DNA of 64,000 nucleotides from positions 60,172 to 124,171 of the IMG/VR virus record IMGVR_UViG_3300048851_000098; one strand, 5' to 3'. The notes beneath the pieces were generated by a model, which did no database searches, was not told the origin of the DNA, and saw nothing but the letters and a program-made list of their open reading frames with translations. How positions within the stretch are numbered: position 1 is the stretch's first letter; every line of letters begins with the position of its first letter. Of this stretch, positions 17,672-25,800 are shown piece after piece. The DNA comes from a virus. The position numbers were made by a program, and so were the translations under genes.

Positions 17672-18106
17672 CTAGGCGGCGACAAGCTCGCGCCCGCGCA
17701 AGTCCTCCACGGCACGGTCAATGACCTCCGCGCATGCCTCTGCACCATTGCGCACCATGTAGTCCGTGAAGGGGTCTGCTCTCATATCGCTTTCGAAAAA
17801 CGTCGTCCCGGAATCTGCCTCTTCCGGGATGAACGGCATGACAGCCAATTGCGCTCTATCGGCGAGTGGACTGTCATCGAACAGCGATGGAACGACTGGA
17901 ATAACGCCGTAGCCATGCTCGCCCAAATCGTGTGCTGCCATCCGAATGCAGCCGACAAAGCAACCGCGCTCTGCTGTGCCAGTCCACGCCCCTTGAGCCC
18001 CGTCCGCAGTTTCGTACATAGAGTGAAGCGGGTCCTTCACCACTCTGTCAGGATCACGCAGCATTCTGGCGGCTGCTTCGAGCACGTCGATTTCAGAAAC
18101 GCTCAT
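17672..18106 (-). CDS. Conserved phage hypothetical protein
   Basis: AAAGGGACAG RBS variant; GCFVGCI motif; N-terminal VLEAAARML. Confidence 0.7.
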   Translation of the reverse strand: MSVSEIDVLEAAARMLRDPDRVVKDPLHSMYETADGAQGAWTGTAERGCFVGCIRMAAHDLGEHGYGVIPVVPSLFDDSPLADRAQLAVMPFIPEEADSGTTFFESDMRADPFTDYMVRNGAEACAEVIDRAVEDLRGRELVAA

Positions 18107-18372
18107 CTTCTGTCCCTTTCTGCTTCAAGATCCGATACGAGTACATTGATCGGATTTTTGAAATCTGCGGCCAGTTCATCACAGATGATTTCTGCTTCGC
18201 CGTACTCATCATTGATTTCATGAATAGTGCATCTGAGACGGCTTACATTTTCTGATTTGAGTGAGCAGATTTTTCTTAGGAGAAGCGCGTTTGGATACCA
18301 ACCAGAATGCTCTCGAATAACTTCTTCGAGTTCATCTGACAGGATCAGATACGCTGTGTCACCGGTTTGCAT
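18103..18372 (-). CDS. Hypothetical protein
   Basis: Start MQTGD at 18372 (TAATG coupling). Confidence 0.55.
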   Translation of the reverse strand: MQTGDTAYLILSDELEEVIREHSGWYPNALLLRKICSLKSENVSRLRCTIHEINDEYGEAEIICDELAADFKNPINVLVSDLEAERDRR

Positions 18373-18830
18373 TAGCCGATGATTCCGAGCACGGCACTGA
18401 CCTTCGCCAGTTCCTTCTGCCACTCGGCCTTTTCTCTTTCTGCTTGCTCGATTACTCTGTCCTGCCAAGCAATTCTCTCGCGAAGGAAATCGCAATGCTC
18501 GGTAGCGCTTTTGTACAACGCCGGAATCAGGTTACCCTCGTGAGTTGATTCTTTGAGAGGCAGACGTGATCTGTCGTCGTACTTCGTTTGTGTTGAGCTA
18601 ACTGTGCTTCGAGGATCTACAGGCAGCTCAAGCCCCAGGCGTCTTGCGCCACGGCGAATTTTCTTCGCACTGAAGCCTGTTGCATCTTCGATCTGCGTCC
18701 ACGTCAGCCCATCGTGACGCATCTCAACTGCCCATCTAATTCTGAAGTCGTCGCCTTGGTTTGGCTCCTCCTCCACCGCCACTGACTCGCGTGCCTCTTC
18801 GCCAGTGACCCCTTCCTCGGTTACCACCAC
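18372..18830 (-). CDS. HTH DNA-binding protein with C-terminal coiled coil
   Basis: AVEMRHDGLTWTQIEDATGFSAKKIRR helix-turn-helix. Confidence 0.65.
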   Translation of the reverse strand: MVVTEEGVTGEEARESVAVEEEPNQGDDFRIRWAVEMRHDGLTWTQIEDATGFSAKKIRRGARRLGLELPVDPRSTVSSTQTKYDDRSRLPLKESTHEGNLIPALYKSATEHCDFLRERIAWQDRVIEQAEREKAEWQKELAKVSAVLGIIG

Positions 18831-18850
18831 GACTCCTTTCCTCGTGTTCC

Positions 18851-20533
18851 TTAGATGCTCTCCTGAATGAACTGCGCCATGATCTGTGGTGCGCCAGAGT
18901 CGAACCCGACGACATCCAACATGCCTGGATCTCTTGGGTTAGCGATGCTGTATTCGGTAGCTGTGTAGGCAGCAGCAATCAGCTTTGCTCTGATACCGCT
19001 TTCCTTGCGATAGAACTCCAAAGCTTGCGATGCGTGAATCCCACCATTCCACGACTCGTTATCGGTGTGGATCTCGAAAACGTCGTATTCCTTGCCGTTC
19101 TCACGGGCGTACATGATTGGCAGTGCGCAATCTGTAGCACCCATAAACGGAGACATCGCTCGCATCGCGCGATCAACATCATCGAGACGCTGACGGGGGC
19201 TGAGTGCCATCGGTGTCAAGCCAGGGTAGATCTCTCTACCGGAGTTCCGACTGCGGTAATAACTGTCCCCTCCGCTGGTAAACGCAACCACGTCGTAGGG
19301 ATCGCCCGTCTTCATGCTGGCGAGCGACATCGCACCGGCCGCCTCTGCGGCCACGAACCCTTCGATGCCGGCGACGTACCTCGGGTACGCGCCCCACATC
19401 GAACCGGAGATATCGAGCGCAATCAGACGACGTGCGCCAGTCGGCTCCAAATTGTCGAACGCGAGATAGAACGCCTCATCGAGGGCGTCGAGAATCTGAG
19501 GCACAGGTGTCCACGTCTGCCCGCGCCGGCCCACCCCCGCCGCATAGGTCTTTGAGGCCAGCAGCACGTTGGCAGGGTGGATTCGCGCAGCGCTGATTAC
19601 CTCCGCGTCAGTGAGCGTTCTGCGGATGATGTCCGTCTCTCTGCTTGTGCCAGTGATCACACCATCGCGTGTCATGTTGGCGAGATTGCGAATCATCGCC
19701 GTCATGGGCATTTGTGCATTCAGAAGTGCAGACCAGACCTCGGGCTGATTTCTGTGCTCAGTCAGAATCGCCTCGCGTGGCAGACGGAATCTTTCGATCA
19801 GTCTGGCAGTAGCTCTCGGCGTTCTCGCTCTGAGAGCCTTGCCGGCAGCCTGCACGATCTCCGGGAGATCTCTTTTCTTTCCCTTGTATCTGTTGGTCGC
19901 CCACTGGAAGAGCATCTTCATCTCTTCCATATCTTCGTGAACAACTCTCTCGCGATCCTCTGGATTTGGATGTGCGAGACGCAACAGATCCTCGTGCGAC
20001 CATCCGTCGCGCTGTGGATACTTCACGAGCTGGTAGGCGAGCTTCGGAATTGGCTTCTTCAGATACCAATTCGCCACGGCGTTTCTCATACCACGGCCCC
20101 AGCCGGCGAACTGCTCGCGGAACGTAACGAATTGGAACAAATGTGTGCCGATACGGCAGACATTGTTCACGTTCTCGAATGCGTACTGGCGTGTTGCGTC
20201 ATCACCAAGCGCAGAGGCCATGGCGAGAGCGAACACGGCTTGATCATTCTTCGGTGCGCGAGCGTCCATCGAGATTTCAACGATGGTGTCCACGGTTCTG
20301 ATTCCGTCAAGTTTGCAACACTCGATTACGCACTCGGCGTTTTCACGAGTCAGCTTGCGCTCACCCGTGTAGTAGGTCCCGCCCTCGGAACCGAGAATGA
20401 GGAATCGCCGCAGACGAGCAAAGGGATCGATCTCATAGACGAAACCACCAGCGTTGTTCTCGACCTGATCTTGACCAGGGATCGGTTCGCTCTGTGGTGT
20501 TTCTTTTGCTCCGTAATTTCTCAGATACGACAT
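18851..20533 (-). CDS. rsr: Ro60/TROVE + vWA RNA-binding protein (Rsr)
   Basis: QVENNAGGFVYEIDPFARLRRFLILGSEGGTYY, RIGTHLFQF, WGRGMRNAVANWY, LVKYPQRDGWSHEDLLRLAHP, MPMTAMIRNL, RIHPANVL, vWA ALDISGSM, HTDNESW, MLDVVGFDS. Confidence 0.97.
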   Translation of the reverse strand: MSYLRNYGAKETPQSEPIPGQDQVENNAGGFVYEIDPFARLRRFLILGSEGGTYYTGERKLTRENAECVIECCKLDGIRTVDTIVEISMDARAPKNDQAVFALAMASALGDDATRQYAFENVNNVCRIGTHLFQFVTFREQFAGWGRGMRNAVANWYLKKPIPKLAYQLVKYPQRDGWSHEDLLRLAHPNPEDRERVVHEDMEEMKMLFQWATNRYKGKKRDLPEIVQAAGKALRARTPRATARLIERFRLPREAILTEHRNQPEVWSALLNAQMPMTAMIRNLANMTRDGVITGTSRETDIIRRTLTDAEVISAARIHPANVLLASKTYAAGVGRRGQTWTPVPQILDALDEAFYLAFDNLEPTGARRLIALDISGSMWGAYPRYVAGIEGFVAAEAAGAMSLASMKTGDPYDVVAFTSGGDSYYRSRNSGREIYPGLTPMALSPRQRLDDVDRAMRAMSPFMGATDCALPIMYARENGKEYDVFEIHTDNESWNGGIHASQALEFYRKESGIRAKLIAAAYTATEYSIANPRDPGMLDVVGFDSGAPQIMAQFIQESI

Positions 20534-20574
20534 TTCGATCCCTTCGCATATGTGATTTCTTCAGCGCCCCTAAG

Positions 20575-20674
20575 AGGCTACGAACCTCTATCTGTTATCG
20601 GAAAGCTCAGCCGGTGTGCATCGCCTGCGCGTGGCCGCGTTAGAAGCACGACCAGCGAGAGGGACCGGCAGCCT
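20575..20674 (-). ncRNA. Y-RNA-like element 4 (divergent, ~100 nt)
   Basis: Termini pair (AGGCTGC/GTAGCCT), followed by an unpaired C and CCTCT/AGAGG; shares terminal sequence with element 3; lacks TTATCTC. Confidence 0.45.
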
Positions 20675-20716
20675 ATGACACTTTCCAACAGGACTCGTAC
20701 GAGAGTCGGGGCAAGA

Positions 20717-20855
20717 AAGGCTACGAGCAAATTGTTTGGATTCGATATAGGCGCTCTAACCAGGCTGAGCTACACGCCTTTTGAGCGTGACGGGATTCGA
20801 ACCCGCGACCTCCCTCTTATGCGGAGATAATCGATTCCATCCGGCTCGTAGCCTT
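20717..20855 (-). ncRNA. yrlA: Y RNA element 3 with circularly permuted tRNA-like domain (YrlA type)
   Basis: 12-bp terminal stem AAGGCTACGAGC/GCTCGTAGCCTT, bulged C, GGA/TTT, TTATCTC; then T arm GCGGG-TTCGAAT-CCCGT, looped acceptor CACGCT-CAAAA-GGCGTG, D arm GCTC-AGCCTGGTTA-GAGC. Confidence 0.85.
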
Positions 20856-20862
20856 CAAGAGA

Positions 20863-20935
20863 TCTCGCGAACAAATAGTTGGTGATGGGTATTGTCTGTT
20901 CGATAGAGATAACCCAAAACCTCCGGCTCGCGAGA
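20863..20935 (-). ncRNA. Y RNA element 2, minimal (~73 nt, no tRNA domain)
   Basis: TCTCGCGAGC/GTTCGCGAGA stem, bulged C, GGA/TTT, GGGT..AT/ATACCC, TTATCTC, 3' AACTATTTGTTCG; same scaffold as elements 1 and 3. Confidence 0.8.
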
Positions 20936-20957
20936 GCAGTTATTCAGTTGTAAGGGG

Positions 20958-21099
20958 CTGGTCGAACAAATTAGTTGAAAAGCGAGATTTTTTACCACTG
21001 CTCTACCAATTGAGCTACCGACGCTCTTCGAGCCTCGGGCAGGAATCGAACCTGCAACCTTTGGTCCCTGAGATAACGCTTATCGTCCGGCTCGACCAG
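20958..21099 (-). ncRNA. yrlA: Y RNA element 1 with circularly permuted tRNA-like domain (YrlA type)
   Basis: CTGGTCGAGC/GTTCGACCAG stem, bulged C, AAGCG/CGCTT, TTATCTC; T arm GCAGG-TTCGATT-CCTGC, looped acceptor CCGAGGCTC-GAA-GAGCGTCGG, D arm GCTC-AATTGGTA-GAGC. Confidence 0.85.
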
Positions 21100-21513
21100 T
21101 TGTAACTATTTTCTCCTTGACCCTCGCCAATCAGCTCTTCGTGTCTTTCTATTATGAGCCCATTTTCTTGCTGCTCTTCTAGCAGTGGCCCACATAAATC
21201 TACGCTGCTTTTCACTTCTGAATTTACCGCCGCCATGTTTTCTCTGGCGAGAGCGAGAAGCCATTTTCATCTATCTCCCGAAAATCTCTTCCGCCCGACA
21301 TCCGAAGCATACCATGAGATCCGAATCAGATGCAAGGAATCCCTGCAAAAGAAAAGAACTGCCGAGAGATCGCGATACGCGGTGTCTCTCGACAGTCCTT
21401 TTCCCCCAACACAGCGACCAGGCGGGACGTGGTCACTGTCATGGTGAGCCTGCAAGCGAATGCCGGAAGAGGATCAGCAAAACCGGCGGGCTTGCAGGCT
21501 CTCCACGATTATA

Positions 21514-21870
21514 TCAGTCTCTTTCGTGTTCCCGCATGATCTCGTGCGCTTGAATGTCAGCCTCTTCGAGATCATGCACGAGTCTGATTGCTTCTTCGAG
21601 AGTTTCACAGGAATGCACTTCAACATCCCATTTACTTGGCTTTCGACCAGGATATGAAATTTCTCGACCGCTGTCATCCAGAATCAAAATCTCGCCAACG
21701 TGGAAGACTGGTGCTCGCATCACCAATGCAAGCTGAAGAGGAATAGGAGAGAATTTTCCATCATCTCCATATTGCTTTTCAGGATTATCTGAATACAGCT
21801 CGAAAGCAGCAGCCAGATTACCACCTGTCTCTGGTTCGCACACTCTGGTGACAACAGCGAATTCAGCCAT
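21514..21870 (-). CDS. Hypothetical protein
   Basis: Likely start MAEFAV at 21870, overlapping the Fic stop. Confidence 0.6.
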   Translation of the reverse strand: MAEFAVVTRVCEPETGGNLAAAFELYSDNPEKQYGDDGKFSPIPLQLALVMRAPVFHVGEILILDDSGREISYPGRKPSKWDVEVHSCETLEEAIRLVHDLEEADIQAHEIMREHERD

Positions 21871-22336
21871 GATGTCTGTCAAGCGTGGCGTAGTACCAGA
21901 GCTGAAGGAACGGCAGTACGAACGGATCGTTGCCAAGCCTCATCATCTGCCAGGCCCACAGAGCGCGCCCGCTGCGGCCGTTGCCGTCCATGAACGGGTG
22001 GATGCGCTCGTACTCCGCGTGTGCGTCGTACGGGTTGTCCAGCACACCGTTCACAGCGTCTTGTATCCCGTCGAGCCAGTCGGTCAGGTACTTCACGACC
22101 AACGGCCCGCCTTGTGGCGGAACATGATTCCCCACAACCACAGAGTGATGATCCTGCGTCCGCAGTGGTGCGTTGGCTACCGTAGAAACGAATTCTTGTA
22201 TATCTTCGATTCTCAGGTAGTCCTTCATCCACAGATCTTCGTGCGCTCTGATCTCGCTCGCATTCGGACGACGAAAGATTCCCTCGATCCCGTTCGACTC
22301 TGTGATGAATGCTATTACCTTTTCTCTATTCATCAC
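21863..22336 (-). CDS. Fic-domain protein (AMPylase-like)
   Basis: Canonical HPFMDGNGRSGR; N-terminal SNGIEG fits the (S/T)xxxE(G/N) inhibitory motif. Confidence 0.92.
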   Translation of the reverse strand: MMNREKVIAFITESNGIEGIFRRPNASEIRAHEDLWMKDYLRIEDIQEFVSTVANAPLRTQDHHSVVVGNHVPPQGGPLVVKYLTDWLDGIQDAVNGVLDNPYDAHAEYERIHPFMDGNGRSGRALWAWQMMRLGNDPFVLPFLQLWYYATLDRHHG

Positions 22337-22461
22337 AGATGATCATTCTCTCGATCAATTCTCTTCATGCGCTCGTAGATGACCAACCAGACTATCGCGC
22401 AAAAAAGCACGAACAGTCCGAGCATCACCAGAATGCCTGCAATTGTAAGGGCTACTTCCAT
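22333..22461 (-). CDS. 42-aa single-TM peptide (not in ORF track)
   Basis: MEVALTIAGILVMLGLFVLFCAIVWLVIYERMKRIDRENDHL*, coupled at both ends. Confidence 0.55.
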   Translation of the reverse strand: MEVALTIAGILVMLGLFVLFCAIVWLVIYERMKRIDRENDHL

Positions 22462-22652
22462 TAGTCCACTTCTGCGTCGGGGTACGGAACTTCCGCTTCT
22501 TCGAACCGAAGTGTACCAGTTTCTTCCTGATAACGTTCGCGCTGTTGCTGATTCGCGTAGATCTTCTCAGCTCTTACACGTTGATCGCCATGATAGCGAA
22601 TCGCATCAGCAATTCGATTTACCCAGCGATCAACGTCGAAAGAATTGATCAC
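22461..22652 (-). CDS. Hypothetical protein
   Basis: Coupled ORF. Confidence 0.55.
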   Translation of the reverse strand: MINSFDVDRWVNRIADAIRYHGDQRVRAEKIYANQQQRERYQEETGTLRFEEAEVPYPDAEVD

Positions 22653-22852
22653 TGTCTTGGTGGTGCTGCACTGAAGAGCTGAGTGCGAAGATCTTCGACT
22701 TCGTTGCCGAGTGCTTCGTTACTTGCGTTGAGGCGATTGATCTCGATTCTGTAATCTTTTGTAGCCTCTTCGATTCTGTCGGCTACATATCTTCTGAAAG
22801 TGGGCTTCTGTTCCAGTTTGTTGAAAAGGAACTGAGTGAGCATGTCTGACAT
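22649..22852 (-). CDS. Hypothetical coiled-coil protein
   Basis: Coupled ORF. Confidence 0.55.
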   Translation of the reverse strand: MSDMLTQFLFNKLEQKPTFRRYVADRIEEATKDYRIEINRLNASNEALGNEVEDLRTQLFSAAPPRQ

Positions 22853-23142
22853 TATTCGCTCAGTCTCTTCAGAGCACGCCCGCGCGCGATGTTACGCCCG
22901 ATGCGCTTGGAGAACTGATCGTTCGGGTGGCACACAGCCAGGCCCGTAGCGATGATGTTCTCTTCGGCGTCGTAGACCGTTGCGGCGGTCGCCCGGTGCT
23001 GCTCGCCCAGCGTATGGCCCTGCGGGGTGGAAAGCGTGTAGGCGTGGTCATAGATGACCTTGGCGCCTTCGGGAAGCTGGAATCGGCCCTTCGGCTTGCT
23101 TCTCGGCTTGTCTGTCTGCGTCATGCGTTCTCCTATCTGCAC
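22852..23142 (-). CDS. Conserved phage hypothetical protein
   Basis: GLAVCHPNDQFSKRIGRNIARGRAL motif recurrent in phage proteins. Confidence 0.65.
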   Translation of the reverse strand: MQIGERMTQTDKPRSKPKGRFQLPEGAKVIYDHAYTLSTPQGHTLGEQHRATAATVYDAEENIIATGLAVCHPNDQFSKRIGRNIARGRALKRLSE

Positions 23143-23393
23143 GTTGGGTCTTCGATTACTGCCACCGCCACGCCGACATCATCCCCGCCGACTGAGTAGA
23201 CGCGATGCCCTCTGCTGTCGCACTTGTGTGCAACGCTGGCGAAGCCATCAGGAAAGTTGATCACGTTCGCTGGGGCAGTATCACGCTGCTCGATCTTCGC
23301 ATCGTTACCGCACCCCGCGAAGAAAATCAGAACAACAACTGCCGCGATGATTGCAACACACAGCAGAAAGAAACGTTGATTGGTTCTACTCAT
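23133..23393 (-). CDS. Lipoprotein
   Basis: Start MSRTN at 23393; hydrophobic stretch ending in lipobox FAGC. Confidence 0.7.
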   Translation of the reverse strand: MSRTNQRFFLLCVAIIAAVVVLIFFAGCGNDAKIEQRDTAPANVINFPDGFASVAHKCDSRGHRVYSVGGDDVGVAVAVIEDPTCR

Positions 23394-23520
23394 AGTTATC
23401 CCTTGAATATAAGCCACAGAAAAACAAGTGCGAGAAGTGTTCCGCACAGGATGATCGTTACTTGTACTGCGGGGTGAAGTTCCGTGAAACTGGTTTCTTC
23501 GGTCGCTGCCAAAATAAAGT

Positions 23521-23817
23521 TCATCGATTCAGTGTCCGATCATTGAGCGCAACCAGCTTATATCGAGCTTGAGATCGCAACTCTTCGATTCTGTATTCGA
23601 AATCAGGATTAGCGAATGCAACTGATCCGATCAGAAGACGCTCTTCACCCGGCTTGACTACGTAGACAACGACTTGTTCGCCGTCAGATCTCTCGCTCAG
23701 CTCCCACTCGGCATCGGCCTGCTGACGCTTAGCAAGCTGAGTTTTGGCCCATGTGACCGCCAGGTATCCCAGGCAGACCACGAGGATGATCAGAAGCAGT
23801 ACCGCGAGCGCTTTCAT
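23521..23817 (-). CDS. N-terminally anchored membrane protein
   Basis: MKALAVLLLIILVVCLGYLAV. Confidence 0.65.
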   Translation of the reverse strand: MKALAVLLLIILVVCLGYLAVTWAKTQLAKRQQADAEWELSERSDGEQVVVYVVKPGEERLLIGSVAFANPDFEYRIEELRSQARYKLVALNDRTLNR

Positions 23818-24227
23818 CTGACTGGATAGTCGTAATCAAGAGATTGCGGACTGGCTCTGGCGTCGTCACTGACCACCACGACCTCTTCCCGCAGCAGTTT
23901 CAAGCCCTCTGTCAGATCGTTGATGTCGAGCTTCAGCAATTCGCCATCGTCTTTTGTGCTGAAGATGATGGTTCCGTTCTCTCTGGCGCGTGCGATGATC
24001 AGCTCGCATCTGATGCCGTACTCATTCACAACAGCAGGCAGCCGCACATCTACTTCGATGTTGCGAACGACTCTCGGCGTTGGCGTCTCCACTGGCGTTT
24101 CCGCTCTCGCGGATCTCTTCTTTCTGTCTTCGCGCCGTCTGCGAGCGCGCTCAGCCTGCTTGCGTCTTTCGCTCGGCAGATCTCTCTTGTAGTAGTAGCT
24201 CTTGCCGTCTTCGAAGTATCGCGGCAT
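23814..24227 (-). CDS. Hypothetical protein with Arg-rich N-terminus
   Basis: AAAGGATCAG before the start. Confidence 0.7.
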   Translation of the reverse strand: MPRYFEDGKSYYYKRDLPSERRKQAERARRRREDRKKRSARAETPVETPTPRVVRNIEVDVRLPAVVNEYGIRCELIIARARENGTIIFSTKDDGELLKLDINDLTEGLKLLREEVVVVSDDARASPQSLDYDYPVR

Positions 24228-24278
24228 ATGCTGATCCTTTCTGAAATTCTACAAAAACTGATTCGAACTCTACCTATT

Positions 24279-24287
24279 ATTATAGCA
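24279..24287 (-). promoter_or_regulatory. Extended -10 promoter element
   Basis: TGCTATAAT on the minus strand, ~40 bp upstream of the AAAGGATCAG start of 24227. Confidence 0.55.
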
Positions 24288-24289
24288 CA

Positions 24290-24565
24290 CTACTCGTCGC
24301 GTCTCCAAATGTCCCATTCTCTCATGAATCGTCTCCACCACCAGTGAAGACACCACAGCATCCATATACCGGCAATAATTTGCCCAACGCCAATAAGAAC
24401 GATATAGGTCTTTTCGTCATCCAGTTTACTTCCGCCAGACAAAAAGTCGTAGATGCTGAAGATGATGCACCAAATAACGAAAAAGAGCGCCAACCAGAAA
24501 TCTGGACGTGGCGGCTTCCAGCGTCTACGGCGGCTGCGTATACGAGGCAGTGCGATGCTCGTCAT
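24290..24565 (-). CDS. Membrane protein
   Basis: Two TM segments with basic flanks. Confidence 0.6.
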   Translation of the reverse strand: MTSIALPRIRSRRRRWKPPRPDFWLALFFVIWCIIFSIYDFLSGGSKLDDEKTYIVLIGVGQIIAGIWMLWCLHWWWRRFMREWDIWRRDE

Positions 24566-24762
24566 GTCGGAAGACGGTCGCCCATGTACTCGCGCACGCT
24601 CTCGGGCAACTGCAACACCATCACGCCATCAACTGAGATACCACAGCGTTCACAGTCAATGCGACAGAAGAGAGATCTTTTAGCATCGCTGAGTCTCCGG
24701 TCCCACTTGTGTTTACCGGTGACTTTGCACATGAATGGTTTATTGCGAAGATTATTGAGCAT
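24562..24762 (-). CDS. Small Cys/His protein
   Basis: CKVTGKHKW...CERC. Confidence 0.5.
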   Translation of the reverse strand: MLNNLRNKPFMCKVTGKHKWDRRLSDAKRSLFCRIDCERCGISVDGVMVLQLPESVREYMGDRLPT

Positions 24763-24803
24763 GATGGAAAAAGCGGACGGGATCTCTCCCGCCCGCTGAA
24801 TTC

Positions 24804-25799
24804 CTATCTGAGGTTGGTGATTACGTCGCCGCCCCCGCCGAGCACCTGAAGGTTCTGACAGCCTGCGTCGCCACACAGTGCCTTCACGTAGTCGATTCTC
24901 GCCTGGTACGGATTTCTCTCGTACGATCTAGCTGTGAGAGCGATCTGCTTCGCCGTCTCACGTCTGACTGCTGTCACGCCCTCTGCGGCGACTCTAGCTC
25001 TCTGAGCGTCGAGCGCTGCATTGGCGACCTCTGTGCGCTTCGTCTGCGCCGCAGTGATCTGCGTATTGACCTCGGGCGCGAAGCCGATCTTCAGATTCTG
25101 GAAACGCACGCCTTCCAGATATTCGTCACCAAGATTCGCTCTGAGTCCGATGATGAGCTGTCTGGTGATCTCGGCCTGCACTTCGGCCAAGTTCTGAGTG
25201 TTGTTGATCGACTTGACTCTGCCTCTGACTGCTGAATCTGCCGACTGAATGTACTGGCAGAGGTTATTCAGATCAGTGCAGTTATTAGCGCCGATTGACT
25301 GACGGAGTGCATCAGTCAGAACCGGACGGAATCGAATGCGAAGGAAGTTCTTCCAGCCCTCGTCACTGCTCAATTCCTTGCCGTCCCACTTACGCCGGCC
25401 GTACGCTCTGACGAATCTCCGCAGCAGTACCGGATCGCTGGTCAGACGGAAAAGCGCCTGCCCCTCGGGGAACACCTGCACAGCGTCAGCCGTGGAGACA
25501 GAAATCTGATCCACGTCGTCATTGTCAGTCTCGTTCGGATTGCTCGAAAGAACCCAATCGCGTTCGGTGATCGAGTAGCAGTCCTGCTTGTTGAACGCAC
25601 CGATTGGCTTGGCACCAGAGCCGGGCTGACGAACCTCTGTGATGTCCCGTCCGTCGAATGGGCCACCTTGGCGGATAACGCACGCCTCGCCGGAATCCGT
25701 GCCCTTGAACGAGAACAGCCAAGCGGCGCCCCCAACTATCAGAAACAAGACCACGATGATGCCGACGATGCCGGCGACAAATCCCGCCGTTGCCTTCAT
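24804..25799 (-). CDS. SPFH/band-7 (prohibitin-like) membrane protein
   Basis: N-terminal TM; VSTADAVQV; C-terminal Ala/Glu-rich coiled coil (ITAAQTKRTEVANAALDAQRARVAAEG). Confidence 0.7.
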   Translation of the reverse strand: MKATAGFVAGIVGIIVVLFLIVGGAAWLFSFKGTDSGEACVIRQGGPFDGRDITEVRQPGSGAKPIGAFNKQDCYSITERDWVLSSNPNETDNDDVDQISVSTADAVQVFPEGQALFRLTSDPVLLRRFVRAYGRRKWDGKELSSDEGWKNFLRIRFRPVLTDALRQSIGANNCTDLNNLCQYIQSADSAVRGRVKSINNTQNLAEVQAEITRQLIIGLRANLGDEYLEGVRFQNLKIGFAPEVNTQITAAQTKRTEVANAALDAQRARVAAEGVTAVRRETAKQIALTARSYERNPYQARIDYVKALCGDAGCQNLQVLGGGGDVITNLR

Positions 25800-25800
25800 A

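Noticed and set aside
19577-20830. 417-aa + strand ORF and other long antisense ORFs (e.g. 17513-18223, 27656-28231, 36666-37472, 54968-55639)
   Set aside because: They overlap well-supported genes or RNAs on the opposite strand and have no recognisable domains.
20750-21065. Ordinary tRNA genes
   Set aside because: D and T arms occur in reversed (permuted) order and there is no anticodon loop or free acceptor end; better explained as YrlA-type domains.
21015-21455. Protein genes 21015-21236 and 21267-21455
   Set aside because: The first runs into Y-RNA unit 1; the second has no RBS or motif support, so neither is called.
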